Below are positions 49,990 through 63,808 of a DNA stretch of 64,000 bases, piece after piece (the first letter of the stretch is position 1; every line of letters starts with the position of its first letter). A program made the position numbers and the translations under genes. Below the pieces are notes generated by a model that saw only the letters and a list, made by a program, of their open reading frames with translations, was not told where the DNA came from and did no database searches. The stretch spans positions 93,248,001 to 93,312,000 of the forward strand of contig OX597822.1 of NCBI GenBank assembly GCA_951406725.2, read 5' to 3'. The stretch comes from Octopus vulgaris (lineage: Eukaryota).

Positions 49990-50493
49990 GATAGATAGAT
50001 CTTTATATATAATAATAAAGAATAAAATCGTTAAAAATTTTGTAAGTGGCCTGTATATAAAATAAATCTATTAAGGTGAATTAATGTAGATATATGTTTG
50101 TGTGTCAATATATGTATATAGATATACCTATATGCATATACGTAGACACACACACTCACAAACAACCACATATATATATATATCAAAAGTCTCTTACTAT
50201 ATCTTGTGTATATGAATGCACGCACCTATGTATAATGTGGAGAATTCCGACAATTTGGAATGGATTGAGTGAATATAAACATTGACCATTGAAATTTGTT
50301 CCCTCTTTTTTAATTTTATATATATAATGTGTGCGTGTGTGTCTGTATGTGTGTGTGTGTGTGTATAGGCGCAGGCGTGGTCGTGTGGGAATAAGCTTGC
50401 TTCCCAATTATATGGTTCCACGTTCAGTCCCGCTGCGTGGAACTCTTGGGCAAGTGCCAAATAGCTTCGGGACGACAAGAAAGAAACCTGTAT

Positions 50494-50531
<38 letters not shown>

Positions 50532-50535
50532 ACAT

Positions 50536-50567
<32 letters not shown>

Positions 50568-50599
50568 GCGACATATATATACACATATACATTCATATC

Positions 50600-50859
50600 A
50601 CGTAATCATGTGACCGACCAGGCTATCAGATGTTGCTACACATCGCTTCACATTGTTTTATGCCTTCAAATAACGCCAACCCGCTGAAAGTTGTGGCGAA
50701 AGAGTACAAAAGGGGATCACCACCACCCCCTACCGGAGCCTCGTTGAGCTTTAGGTATTTTCACTCAATAAACACGCGCAACGCCCGGTCTGGGAATCGA
50801 AACTGCGATCCTATGACCGAGAGTCCGCTGCCCTAACCACTGGACCATTGCGCCTCCAC
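50600..50859 (-). mobile_element. SINE family C variant
   Basis: Reverse complement of the GTGGAGGCGCAATGG..CAGTGGTTAGGGCAGCGGACTC head; different 3' part. Confidence 0.8.
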
Positions 50860-51036
50860 AAATATATATATATATATGTATGTATACACATATACACATG
50901 TTTTTTATTAAACATTGACGAGGTAAACTGATGAGATTATTTAATTCTCAACAAACAATTGTGTAATTCTGTCAGTTGATTTGACAAGATGCAAGTTTTA
51001 TAAATCTTAGAATACTTACTGTATTTTTGTAAAAAT

Positions 51037-51087
<51 letters not shown>

Positions 51088-51146
51088 TGTGACCCGCGTT
51101 GACCGCTCTCCCTCCCTCCCTCTCTCTGTCTCTATATCTGTCTGTG

Positions 51147-51243
<97 letters not shown>

Positions 51244-51244
51244 A

Positions 51245-51405
51245 GGCGCAGGAGTGGCTGTGTGGTAAGTAGCTTGCTTACGAACCACATGGTTCCGGGT
51301 TCAGTCCCACTGCGTGCACCTTGGGTAAGTGTCTTCTACTGTAGCCTCGGGCCGACCAAAGCCTTGTGAGTGGATTTGGTAGACGGAAACCGAAAGAAGC
51401 CCATC

Positions 51406-51473
<68 letters not shown>

Positions 51474-51692
51474 ATGTGCGTGTTTGTGTGTCTGTGTTCC
51501 CCCCCCCCTCCAACATCACTTGACAACCGATGCTGGTGTGTTTACGTCCCCGTAACTTAGCGGTTCGGCAAAAAGAGACCGATAAAATAAGTACTAGGCT
51601 TACAAAGAATAAGTCCTGGGGTCGATTTGATCGACTAAAAAGGCGGTGCTCCAGCATGGCCACAGTCACATGACTGAAACAAGTAAAAGAGT
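51245..51692 (+). mobile_element. SINE family A full-length copy
   Basis: Full match; sits in (TA)n. Confidence 0.92.
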
Positions 51693-51712
51693 ATATATAT
51701 ATATATATATAT

Positions 51713-51942
51713 ATTTCTTTACTACCCACAAGGGGCTAAACACAGAAGAGACAAACAAGGACAGACAAACGGATTAAGTCGATTACATCGACCCCAGTGC
51801 GTAACTGGTACTTAATTTATCGACCCCGGAAGGATGAAAGGCAAAGTCGACCTCGGCGGAATTTGAACTCGGAACGTAACGGCAGACGAAATACGGCAAC
51901 GCATTTCGTCCGGCGTGCTAACGTTTCTGCCAGCTCACCGCC
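51713..51942 (-). mobile_element. SINE family B monomer (tail 1)
   Basis: Full match; flanked by (TA)n. Confidence 0.92.
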
Positions 51943-52486
51943 TATATATATATATAGTCATTGATACGAAGTGTACTTCTTGATCACACACGCATATGTA
52001 CGCTTTCTCCGTTATGATGGGCAAAAAGGGGGGATATTGTCGAATGCATCAAACCTAGCACGGTTTTTTTTTTCTTTTTCGTGTGGCAATTTGTTGATCT
52101 TAGATGTCTGAAAGGGACAGCGTACCTTACTAGAATTCAAACCCATGACACAATGTTGCTACTGACTCAATACAGGTGCAGCATCTTAACATTTAGAACT
52201 GAATAAGTCCATATTATATTTCTCTGACAATCAATTGACTACCGTTTAATTTACCAAACAGCTTCTCATTCTGGAAAACGCCTGAAAGCCAAATACCCGC
52301 CTCTACCTCGTTTCAGCCATCACTACACCAACGCCACTCATTCCCCATAATTCGATGGTGTTACGCTGACTTGAAATTGTTTTTATTACTAGTAATATTT
52401 ATTTTCAACATTGTCCAAATGTGGTGCGATATAAACCAGGGGAAATTGAAGCAAAAAAACGTATTAAATTTTCAGTCTACTGCGCC

Positions 52487-52555
<69 letters not shown>

Positions 52556-52648
52556 CACAGACACACACACGCACACACACACACGCACACGCACATACAC
52601 ATACACATACACACAAACACACACACACACACACACGCACACACGCAT

Positions 52649-52695
<47 letters not shown>

Positions 52696-53268
52696 CACAC
52701 GCACACGCACACAACAATTGAAATAATCTCCTCCCATCTTTCCTTACCACCCATGGCTTTTTATTTATTTATTTATTTATTTATTTATTTGGTTTTTAGC
52801 GTGTTGCCAAGGCAACTTTGCTCATGCGAACAGAATAGACACTAACAGTAGAGCTACGAAATGTTAAGTCCGTTCGCTTGTTAAACAAATCTAACATTGC
52901 CAAGTGGCAGTTTTATGACGTATTTTGGAACTCTCGTTAGTTGGGCGATAGATTCAGATGATCGAACGACTAGCTGAGCAGCCAGACGTGCTGGATGAGC
53001 TAAAGGATGGCGTGCGGTTGGAGAGGAGAAAAATTGAGAAGGTAGAAAGAGGGAGTGTCTCATGTTAGGAGGTACGCGGTATCAAATCTTTTGATGGTAA
53101 GCAAGAGCTATGAGGTTCGATTCGCGGTCTGACTAACATTTGGAATTTTGCAACATCGTTATCATGTTTATCAATATCACTGGCTGTAGCGACATCAACG
53201 GTCATCTTATTCGTCGTCATCGTCGTTGTCATCGTCATCATCATCATCACCAGCACCACCACCACCAT

Positions 53269-53323
<55 letters not shown>

Positions 53324-53330
53324 CCACCAC

Positions 53331-53363
<33 letters not shown>

Positions 53364-53552
53364 CATCATCATCATCAAGAGAAGAATTAGAGAAAGAATG
53401 AAAGAGAAAAAAGAATATAGAAAGAGGAAGAGAGGGGAATAGAGATAGTGATAGAATAGTGTCGCATCGTAATTATTAAGATAAAACATACTTGGAAATG
53501 GATGCGTGGCGTTCGATCATATAATAATATGAATAATATATATATATACACG

Positions 53553-53605
<53 letters not shown>

Positions 53606-53652
53606 TAAACGAAAGAATGGAGTCGAACGAAGATTTTAACAAAATTCCTTTA

Positions 53653-53736
53653 CTCTCAACACATGTTTCGAAGACTGCATACTCTTAATTCCGAAGGAAT
53701 AAAGGGTGGATTATGCCGTCTTCTCATCAGGAAAGA
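53653..53736 (-). ncRNA. Type I hammerhead ribozyme with canonical core, in a Penelope-type terminal fragment (about 53601-53815)
   Basis: CUUUC-CUGAUGA-GAAGAC...GUCUUC-GAAAC-AUGU-GUU-GAGAG. Stem I is 5 bp, stem II is 6 bp plus extension, stem III is 2 bp with palindromic ACAUGU. Confidence 0.75.
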
Positions 53737-53845
53737 CAAGGAACCTCTATCAGCCTCAAGACGAACAAAAACTTTTTGATGACTGCCTACATGGTGTCCA
53801 CAGTGATAATGAGTGTTTTTTTAAAAACCCGTTATAAGCAATGAC

Positions 53846-53942
<97 letters not shown>

Positions 53943-53965
53943 TTACATTATGTACATTAACGCGT

Positions 53966-54250
53966 GAAAGCGCGTGCTTTAGTGGTTTGGGTATTCCTCT
54001 CACGATCATAATGTCGTGAGTTCAATTCCTGGCGACGCGTTGTGTCTTCGAGCAAGACATCTTATTTCACGTTTCTCCAACCCACTTAGCCGACAAAAAT
54101 GAATTGTGCCTGTAATTCAAGGGGCCAGCCTTGTCGCACTCTGTATCACGCTGAATCTCCCTGAGGACTATGTTAAGGGTACGCGTTTCTGTGAAGTGCT
54201 CAGCCACTTGCACGTTAATTTCAAGAACAGTCTGTACCGTTGATCGGATC
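53966..54250 (+). mobile_element. SINE with a family C 3' part and a different tRNA-like head
   Basis: B-box GAGTTCAATTCC and GAGCAAGACA. 54110-54250 matches 2458-2602. Confidence 0.75.
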
Positions 54251-54452
54251 AACAAGAACAGTCGTCCAGTTGATTCGATCAATTGGCAATATAAAAGAAA
54301 AGAAGAAAAGATCTGTGAATGGCATCATGGTATCCCAGAATGCATGCGTTTCTGCGTCATTACACTTCATCAGCTTTGAATGCCGAATCAATTATCCACA
54401 GCCCAGCAAGAACAATTGATATAAGGAGAGCAAATGGTATGTTTGCTGATGT

Positions 54453-54672
54453 TAAGGCGGCGAGCTGGCAGAAACGTTAGCACGCCAGGCGAAATGCTTA
54501 GCGGTATTTCGTCTGCCGCTACGTTCTGAGTTCAAATTCCGCCTAGGTCGACTCTGCCTTTCATCCTTTCGGGATCGATTAAATAAGTACCAGTTACGCA
54601 CTGGGGTCGATATAATCGACTTAATTCGTTTGTCCTCTCTGTGTTTAGCCCCTTGTGGGTAGTAATGAAATA
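54453..54672 (+). mobile_element. SINE family B monomer with 17-bp TSD
   Basis: TSD GGTATGTTTGCTGATGT at 54436-54452 and 54673-54689. Confidence 0.93.
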
Positions 54673-55460
54673 GGTATGTTTGCTGATGTGCGCAAATCTT
54701 GATCAGGCTGGAATTAACGAACAAGAAGCTTACGAAATAGCGTTAAATGTAATATATATCAGTAAATGTGTGAATATACGTGAATGTAAATGCTCACGTA
54801 CACGAGCGTGTGTGCTCTGTCTACAATAAAGAACAACGGTAAAACGCCGCTACGTAGCGTTTTCGTCGCCCCACGTTCATCTCTCAGCAAAAAACGTAAA
54901 TCAAGAATTACGTGAACGCAACAAGACCGAAAATAACCAAAGCAATAAATAAAAAAATATAATGAATGGTAAATTGTTGCTCCCAGACTGAAGATAAGTT
55001 ACTAACCACTTGTATTAATGATCTATTCTGCTGACTATCAACCCGAAGGCGGTACTCTACAGCGATACAATCGTATCTCAGAGCACTACGAAGTCACTAT
55101 ACACCGTAAATCATGTAATGGTTTCATTTCTTCCTCAAAATAAACAAAATTTTTGGAATAAATTCAAAGAGGGTAGTGGAAAGGTTAGAAGAGTGGAAAA
55201 GACGCTTGTTTTATCGCTTCGGCAAATGAGCAGTCTGCTAAAGAGAGAAATCAATACTTGAAGACTGGGTTTCGTAATTCCGTTACTTCCTCCTTTATCC
55301 TTCCGCCTTAACCCATCTCTGATGTTTTGGTGTGTATGCGTGTATGTATGTGTATATGTGTGTGCGCTCGCGTGTGTACGCGCGCTCATACACACAAAAA
55401 TACACGTATAATGCATATATTTGTGCACATACATATATGTGTAAATATATATATGTAAAT

Positions 55461-55491
<31 letters not shown>

Positions 55492-55532
55492 TATCTGTTC
55501 CAGCATGGCCGCAGTTTAATGACTGAAACAAG

Positions 55533-56199
55533 TGAAGACGTTTTTCCATATTCACTTCAGAAAAGCATGGCGTCTTCCTGGCTTTACAGCCTTTCAGACC
55601 GTACTCCACAAACCTTCTTCTAGCAGTTCTGGTTGATATTTGTGAAGTACTTGCCTCGTTGAAGTCCGTACAGAGTTCCGACAATGCTTTTCTCCTGTTT
55701 CTGAGCGACTGATGGATGATGGATCGGTCATCACGAGATGATGTAACCTTTTTTCTACCTGTTCTTTTTATTGTCTTCACATAGTTTGTTCATCTGAAGC
55801 GCTTGAGAGTCGTTTGCACTGAACATCGAGAGCGTTTCATCTTCAGGGCAATTTGCCTTTGAGACATTCCATCTTCATGATGTCCTATGATTTGACATCG
55901 CTCACACTCACTCAACTCCCTTAGGCATTTTACTGTTTATTAACTGTATCTACAACGTATTTTAGCATAATCAAGGAAACATAAGTTAATTTTGGACGTT
56001 GGTCTTACTCATAATTGGTTGCATATGTACAGTACAGTATAATAGTGGTAATTGATGCTAAAGGAGGGTCAACCAGTTATTAAAACTACTGTATATTGTG
56101 AAATATATCATAATCTACCATGTACACGAGTTTCATTAACATTGGGATAGCAGAACCTCAAAACATTGGTGTGGCCTAATACTTTTGGCCCATGGTTGT
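55533..56199 (-). mobile_element. Tc1 transposon 5' fragment
   Basis: TIR-like TA-CAACCATGGGCCAAAAGTATTAGGCCAC. From ATG 55928: GMSQRQIALKMKRSRCSVQTTLKRF..RTGRKKVTSSRDDRSII..SLRNRR..STRTARRRF...GLKGCKARKTP. In-frame stops present. Confidence 0.9.
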
Positions 56200-56206
56200 A
56201 TATTCG

Positions 56207-56435
56207 TATTTCTTTATTACCCACAAGGGACTAAATACGGAGGGGACAAACAAGGACAGACATAGGTATTAAGTCGATTACATCGACCCCAGTGCGTAAC
56301 TGGTACTTAATTTATAGACCCCGAAAGGATGAAAGGCAAAGTCGACCTCGGCGGAATTTGAACTCAGAACGTAACGGCAGACGAAATACCGCTAAGCATT
56401 TCGCCCGGCGTGCTAATGTTTCTGCCAGCTCGCTG
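56207..56435 (-). mobile_element. SINE family B monomer
   Basis: Full match. Confidence 0.9.
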
Positions 56436-56972
56436 TATATACGATTGTAGTAAATGTATTGCCGAAGCAATAAATGTATGATGTGCATATGATGATTGCC
56501 TCATCTTGTCAGTCTGATTGTTCTGATTAACTTTCATCCTTGCATGTGCACCGAAAATTCATCGCTATAGGATTTTATAAAATACGAAACGTATCAAAGA
56601 AGTAGATGATAGTTAAGTCAACTCTACGTCACTGGATATAAGTGGCAAAAAGCTCGTACAGCAGTTTTGACACTCTCTCGATCGCAATAGTAGGCTCCAG
56701 TGACAAACATTGCAAGATGACTGGTACTATTTTAACTGCAGGTTTTATGTCAGAGTATCTTTCTGCAAGAAGAGTTGCTATACTCACGGGTTTGCAAAAA
56801 AATAATAACAGGAGCGTCCTGGGAAATCTATTCAACTCTCTCACACACACACACGCACGCATACGCACAAATATACGTAGCTATAACGAGCATGATTTAA
56901 TAGGGGGTACCATACTTTCGCTAAGTGCTTTAACGGTCACATTTTGCAGGATATTCAAAACTGTATCTAGAA

Positions 56973-57173
56973 CAGTACTTTTCAAACTTTTTGCTGGAGC
57001 GGAACCCCAAGAAAACATTTCCCTAGCTCGAGGAACCCCTGTGCAATAATTTAATTGTCCTATGCACACATATCTGCACAGGAGAATTAAAAATTACTGT
57101 CGATTTTAGAATTTTTGTAACTTCTTGCGGAACCCCTGGACTATACTGGCGGAACCCTGGTTGAAAACCACTG
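56973..57173. mobile_element. hAT (Charlie-type) MITE with 8-bp TSD
   Basis: TIRs CAGTACTTTTCAA and TTGAAAACCACTG. TSD ATCTAGAA at 56965-56972 and 57174-57181. GGAACCC subterminal repeats. Confidence 0.9.
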
Positions 57174-57365
57174 ATCTAGAAGAATGGGCCTCTGTAACAA
57201 GTTGTTGTTGTTGTGATGATGGTTGTTATTGCCATTATTGTTAAGGTTGTTTTTCTTTGTGCCCACATTAGCTGCCATTGAAGCAATCTAGGAAGAAAGA
57301 CACTTAATCTAGTCTTCTATCTCATCATTTTTCTTTTCTTTTCTTCATTTTTTTTCGGGCTTGGT

Positions 57366-57533
57366 AGGCGTAGGAATGGCTGTGTGGTGAAGAAACTCGC
57401 TTACAACTACGTAGTTTCGGGTTCAGTTCCACTGCACGGCATCTTAAGTAAGTGCCTTCTGCTATGGCTCCGGGATGACTAAAGCCATGTGAGTGAATTT
57501 GGTAGACAAAAATTATGTAGAAGTCCATCTGTT

Positions 57534-57582
<49 letters not shown>

Positions 57583-57665
57583 CTTTGTGTTTGTGTTTGG
57601 CCCATCCATCTCTTGACAACCGGTACTGGTTTGTTTACATCATCGTAGCTTAGCGGTTCGGCAAA
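57366..57665 (+). mobile_element. SINE family A diverged copy, 3'-truncated
   Basis: Head, (TG)n tract and part of the tail. Confidence 0.82.
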
Positions 57666-57816
57666 ACAGAACGAGAGATTCTCGCTTTCATCCCTTCTTT
57701 CTCAATTACAAAACATAGTAACTTCACAACTAATTTTATCTGTAATCTTAGTTATTTTTTGACAATTTGTCACGCAAATTACTCCCTGTAACACTACTTC
57801 CGATACAAGCAGTGTT

Positions 57817-57922
<106 letters not shown>

Positions 57923-57931
57923 GACTGTCTG

Positions 57932-57999
<68 letters not shown>

Positions 58000-58205
58000 C
58001 ATCTATCCATCCACCCATCCATCCATCCATCTATCCATCTATCCATCTATCCATCTATCTATCTATCTATCTTTCACTGCGTTTTGTGTTGATTTTTCAA
58101 GCGCTTGTTTAAGGACGTCACAGAGAGAGAGAGAGATGGGGGGGGAGAAGGGAGAGTGTTGGGAGAAAGAGAGCGACAAAGAAAATGTTAGATAGATAGA
58201 TAGAT

Positions 58206-58264
<59 letters not shown>

Positions 58265-59232
58265 GAGAGAGAGAGAATCGTATAAAATGTTTGAAAAGTT
58301 AGTGTATTACTGCACTAGATGTAACGCTAAGTATACTAGACTATTTGGTAAATTGATAACTGGATATTATAAGAGGCAGGATCTGTGCTGCGTCAATGTC
58401 ACCGAATGTACAAGTGGCTGTGGAGAAAACTATAAATACCTGCGACATTCACTGACTCCTTCTGAGTGGGATGTGACACGATGAGTAATGAGAAAACGAA
58501 ATGCAACCGCCACTGGCTCATTTTTATCAGTTTGTGGCTAAGATCACTCGCAACCACACACTCTGTCCTCTCTTGTCTATAGAATATCAAACTAATCTTT
58601 GTTTTGGTTAATTCCTTTTCAATATAAACGAACGCCGCCCTCGCTTATTTTCAGTATCATCTCCACTCCACTGGAGTCAATTTGACGACGTTTTCTTTCA
58701 TATAAACAATAACAAATTTAACATCTGCTTATTTTCAGCTCTCCTAGACTTTCGTCAAATAAAATATTCCTTGAATTTTGCTGCATTTCTTTGTTTTTTT
58801 TTTTTCATATATCAGGTAATGAATGGTATTTGGCCAGAATCCTAGCAAAGTGAGCATATTTCTCTTCCAGAGAAGACTTACTTAGGTTTATCATGAGCTC
58901 TACGACTTATAAGGTCGGAGCTTAACTCGGTTTCCATGACGCATAAGTAACTGAGATAACGCCACTTCTATCCTGAACTGGACGCTGGCCGGTTGCGAGG
59001 TTAACTTCCCTACTGGATCCCGTTTACGGCTGACTGGACTGGAGCGACTTGAAATGAAATGTTCTATTCAAGAACACAATGCACCATCAAGTTTGGGAAT
59101 CGAAACTACAACCCCCTAATCACTAGGCCACGCACAACAGCAAAAGCAAAATTATTTTTATGGATGGATGTTGGTGAACATGGTTAGTTACTGTTTTGGT
59201 AAATTTGCACATAATTTGCGATAATTCTTTTA

Positions 59233-59660
59233 TATTTCTTTACTACCCACATGGGGCTAAACATAGAGGAGACAAACGGATTAAGTCGATTACATCGACC
59301 TCAGTGCGTAACTGGTACTTAATTTATCGACCCCGAAAGGATGAAAGGCAAAGTCGACCTCGGCGGAATTTGAACTCAGAACGTAGCTGCAGACGAAATA
59401 CGGCTACGCATTTCGCCTGGCGAAATTATAATAATAATAATAATAGTATTTTCTACTAGAGACACAAGGCCTCAGATTTGTGGGGAAGGGACTAGTCGAT
59501 TATATTGACCCCAGCGTTTCACTGGTACTTAATTCATCGACCCCGTAAGGATGAAAGGTATAGTCGACCTCAGCGGAATTTGAACTCAGAACGTAACCAC
59601 GGGCGAAATACTGCTAAGCGTTTCATTCAGTGCGCTAACGATTCTGCCAGCTTGCTACCT

Positions 59661-59719
<59 letters not shown>

Positions 59720-59891
59720 CCTTTCTACTAAAGACACAAGGTCAGAAATTTTAGGGAAGGAGACTAGTCAATTACATCGGCCCCAGTGTTTCATTGTTAC
59801 TTAATTTGTCGACCCCAAAACGATGAAAGGGAAAGTCGATTTCTGCGAAATTTGAACTCAGAACATGAGGACGGGCGAAATACCGCTAAGC
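59233..59891 (-). mobile_element. Cluster of three SINE family B copies separated by (AAT)n
   Basis: 59233-59421 (tail 1), 59447-59660 and 59718-59891 (tail 2). Confidence 0.88.
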
Positions 59892-60326
59892 TCTTCCCTT
59901 TCAACTCCTAATTTCCTTTCTGTGTGTAACCTGAAGAAGTTAATGAGAGTTTGACCGAAGAGAAAGATGATTGTCCCCAATCCATTTAATTGCGTCTTTC
60001 ATGCAAGCTCTTTCGCAAGAGCCACTCGAGAGGGCCCGTCTGAGAAATGAGCCCCGCGAGGTTGAGCGGTTGCGGCCGCAGCGAGTGCATATGGCCATAT
60101 CCGCGACAATGCCATCGCAGTCATGACGGTGGAGCGCGCCTAAGTACACCATTTGTTCTGGAGTGTGTGACCCATTGCCCAACCCCTCCATCATCTGCTG
60201 CTTAATTCCCTGACTTTTTTTTGGTTCTTTGTTTCTTCGTAATTAAATTAGGATTCAGTAAAGACCAATAAAGCTTGTTTTCAACATTAAAAAGAAAATG
60301 AATAAAAGACAACAACGTTCAACACA

Positions 60327-60724
60327 GTGGCTGTGTGGTAAGTAGCTTGCTAACCAGCCACATGGTTCCGGGTTCAGTCCCACTGCGTGGCATCTTGGGC
60401 AAGTGTCTTCTGCTATAGCCCCGGGCCGACCAATGCCTTGTGAGTGGATTTGATAGACGGAAACTGAAAGAAGCCTGTCGTACATATGTATATATATGTG
60501 TGTGTGTATATGTTTGTGTGTCTGTGTTTGTCCCCCTAGCATTGCTTGACAACCGATGGTGGTGTGTTTACGTCCCCGTCACTTAGCGGTTTGGCAAAAG
60601 AGACCGATAGAATAAGTACTGGGCTTACAAAGAATAAGTCCCGGGGTCGATTTGCTCGACTAAAGGCGATGCTCCAGCATGGCCGCAGTCAAATGACTGA
60701 AACAAGTAAAAGAGTAAAGAGAGT
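60327..60724 (+). mobile_element. SINE family A copy
   Basis: Close match to 9186-9618. Confidence 0.92.
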
Positions 60725-61348
60725 ATACGTTAAAAATGCAAATTTTATGACGTAAAACTCTAACGGTCAAATTCTGGTGGGAAAGTCTGTGTAAATATAA
60801 GTTGCTGCATAAACATAGGCCAGCAGAAAATGCAGTAGGGAAGCCAGCACAATTTCACATCCTGAAGATATGGCTGTCGTAGCCCGGAAATGTTGATAAA
60901 GATTAATTAGGAAATTTTATTGTTCAAAATGAACTATAAGGGTCTTATAAGGAGATAAGAAAATTATTAAAAAGGATTATATAAGAAGCGAGACACACAC
61001 AAACACACACGCACACAATTGGAGTAAAAAATAAGAAGGCAGCAAATATTTAACGTTTTGATGCCCAAACATTACTTGGCACTGATACTACTGAATTTCT
61101 TCTGACCATTGATACTGGCTAAGGAGCTAGAAATGCTGCGTCTGGAAATCCGATAGGGGGCTACACTGGGTAGATATGGTGTTTTTACACTTTTTACCAT
61201 AAGAGAGAATTTTTTATCTACAGCAACTGCAGTGAATTTGTTTTTAGAAGTTGAAATATGTTACAAACATATTTTAACTAAGCTGAAGTTTGCTTATGCC
61301 TAAACACTACTTGGCGCTGAGACTGCTGAACAAATATTTCTTTGAGTT

Positions 61349-61752
61349 AAGGCGGCGAGCTGGCAGAAACGTTTTGCACGTCGGGCGAAATGCTTAGCGG
61401 TATTTCGTCTGTCGTTACGTTGTGAGTTCAAATTCCGCCGAGGTCGACTTTGCCTTTCATCCTTTCGAGGTCGATAAATTAAGTACCAGTTACGCACTGA
61501 GGTCGATGTAACCGACTTAATACCTATGTATGTCCTTGTTTGTCCCCTCTATGTTTAGTCCCTTATGGGTAATAAAGAAATAGGTATTTCGTCTGTCTTT
61601 ACGTCCTGAGCTCAAATTCTGCCCAGGTTGACTTGGCTTTTCATCCTTTCGGGGTTCATAAATTTAGTACCAGTTGCGTACTGGAGTCGATCTAATCGAC
61701 TGGCCCCTTGCCTCAAAATTTCGGACCCTGTGCCTAGAGTAGAAAAGAATAT
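61349..61752 (+). mobile_element. SINE family B, dimeric form
   Basis: Same AAAGAAATAGGTATTTCG junction and tail 2. Confidence 0.88.
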
Positions 61753-63165
61753 TTCTTTTATTTGTTTTCCTCCGTTTCAACAACAAAGATCGTTTTATAC
61801 TAAACTAATTGTTGCTGACATACTCTACGAGTAATCTACTCGGGTTCCAGTGATTTTATATTTTAACGACTTGAGAAGTAACAACTAAATCTCCCTCAGA
61901 TGCATCCTACAGGCTTAAAAAAAAGAAGAAAATAGAGAAACGGAGACATACTGGGGAAAAAATGCATTCACTGCATGAAAATTTGGAAATGACACAGCTG
62001 GAATCCCATTTATCATAGATCTCGTTGTTAAGGGCTTGCCTAAAGGCTACAGAACACAGTAACAAGAAATCAAGCCCGATGCCTTAGTTATGGAGGCCAA
62101 TACTTTTAGATAAAACTGAAATGAAGATGACAATGTCTATATGATACCGACTCTCTTTCAAAACTGTTATTTTTTAATAACATAAGAATATGCTTTGAAG
62201 TTTATTGCCAAATATTTGTTCGTCGTTACTGCCACATTCGTACTACAATAAATATTAATGAAAGACCACCATATTTGAAACTTTTATCATTGCAAAGCTT
62301 GATAATTTGCTATGTTTGACTAGGGAAACATTAATTCACTGCACTGTTTTCAGCTTGGCGCAAACATGTCTCAGAAGTTTAGTTGCTTCACAAACCGTAG
62401 AAGGCTGTTATGTTAAACAAACTATCATCGGAAAGATTATTTAATCTACATTAGCACAGTTGTCAGATTAAACACATTTGAACTAGAGAGAAAGAACAGC
62501 TCCACGCCTTTCCTTATTCAGAATATAGCTGTTTCATTCCATGATAGAAATCTTTTTGTGAAATATAATTTAAAGCTGATACGAGTATCACTTTCTCGGC
62601 GTGATATCACATCAAACGAAAACTTTATCCTCATGAAAACCCAGAGAAGGGGGACCCTCTCCAAACAAACCTGTTGATTATCGTGTTATCTTAATAAATT
62701 TGTTAACAACTCTAATCTGATAGCAATTATTAAAGCAATAAGTTATAGTGTAAAAATTCTCTAAGCAAGCCTAAGATATTTAGGAAAGGAAATGTTGAAA
62801 GAATTAGGTCAGATAAAGTACAGGAGGTGGAGGATAATCTTCACTTACTGTGTTGATAGAATGTCGATCTAGCAACCTAAGGACTAACAGTTCAAATACT
62901 AATACGAGCACTGAACTACTTTATTAACAAAGTTATCTGTCAATTGTCGAGTCTGCCTAGCAATAAATATATCCTGTAAGGAAGTGTGGTTTACACTTTA
63001 AGGCCATGGGTTTGTGTATAGTTTACAAATGTTCCATTGGTTAATTGTCTTGAGAGAAACTACTTTCTTTAGCATGGATGTTCTCCATTCTAAAGATGGA
63101 TATTTCTAATTTAAATTAACATGGAACTGTTTCTGTTGCAGATATGTGAAGTAAATTAAATATTG

Positions 63166-63399
63166 ATTTCTTTATTGCCCACCGGGGGGATAAACATAGA
63201 GGGGACAAACAAGGACAGACAAAGGGATTAGGTCGATTACATCGACCCCGTGCGTAACTTGTACTTATTTAATCGACCCCAAAAAGATGAAAGACAAAGT
63301 CGACCTCGGTAGAATTTGAACTCAGAACGTAACGGCAGACGAAATACCGCTAATCACTTCACCCGGCGTGCTAATGATTTTACCAGCTCGCTGCCCCAG
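63166..63399 (-). mobile_element. SINE family B monomer with 15-bp TSD
   Basis: TSD GTAAATTAAATATTG at 63151-63165 and 63400-63414. Confidence 0.9.
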
Positions 63400-63808
63400 G
63401 TAAATTAAATATTGTAGGGGAGACTCAAGAGAAGTTGTGATATTCATTCCCATTCTGAAGAAATAGAGGCCAAAGTGGATTTCATATGGCGATCAATTGG
63501 GAAACGAAATTGCATAGCAAACGGAGCTCGTTGGGCTTGTTCCATCATGATATTTACCTTAGTAAATGGGATACATAAATCCATTCTTGATGGAGCCCAA
63601 TTAGCCAGCATCTACGTGATCGTTGGAATTGCTAGAAATATCTGCCAGTTCTCCCTCACTAATGCCCACCATCTTCGGAGTGGAAAGACGTATTGGATAA
63701 TGTAGTCATGGTTACACCGCAAAAAAAAATGGCACGGTCACGGCTGGAATGTCTTTGATGCTAGGTCTACTCCTTCAATGCTAACTTGGGTTTGAACAAC
63801 AATAGCAA

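Noticed and set aside
56629-57049. 135-aa and 79-aa ORFs
   Set aside because: They span a decayed repeat, a (CA)n tract and a hAT MITE, with no protein motif.
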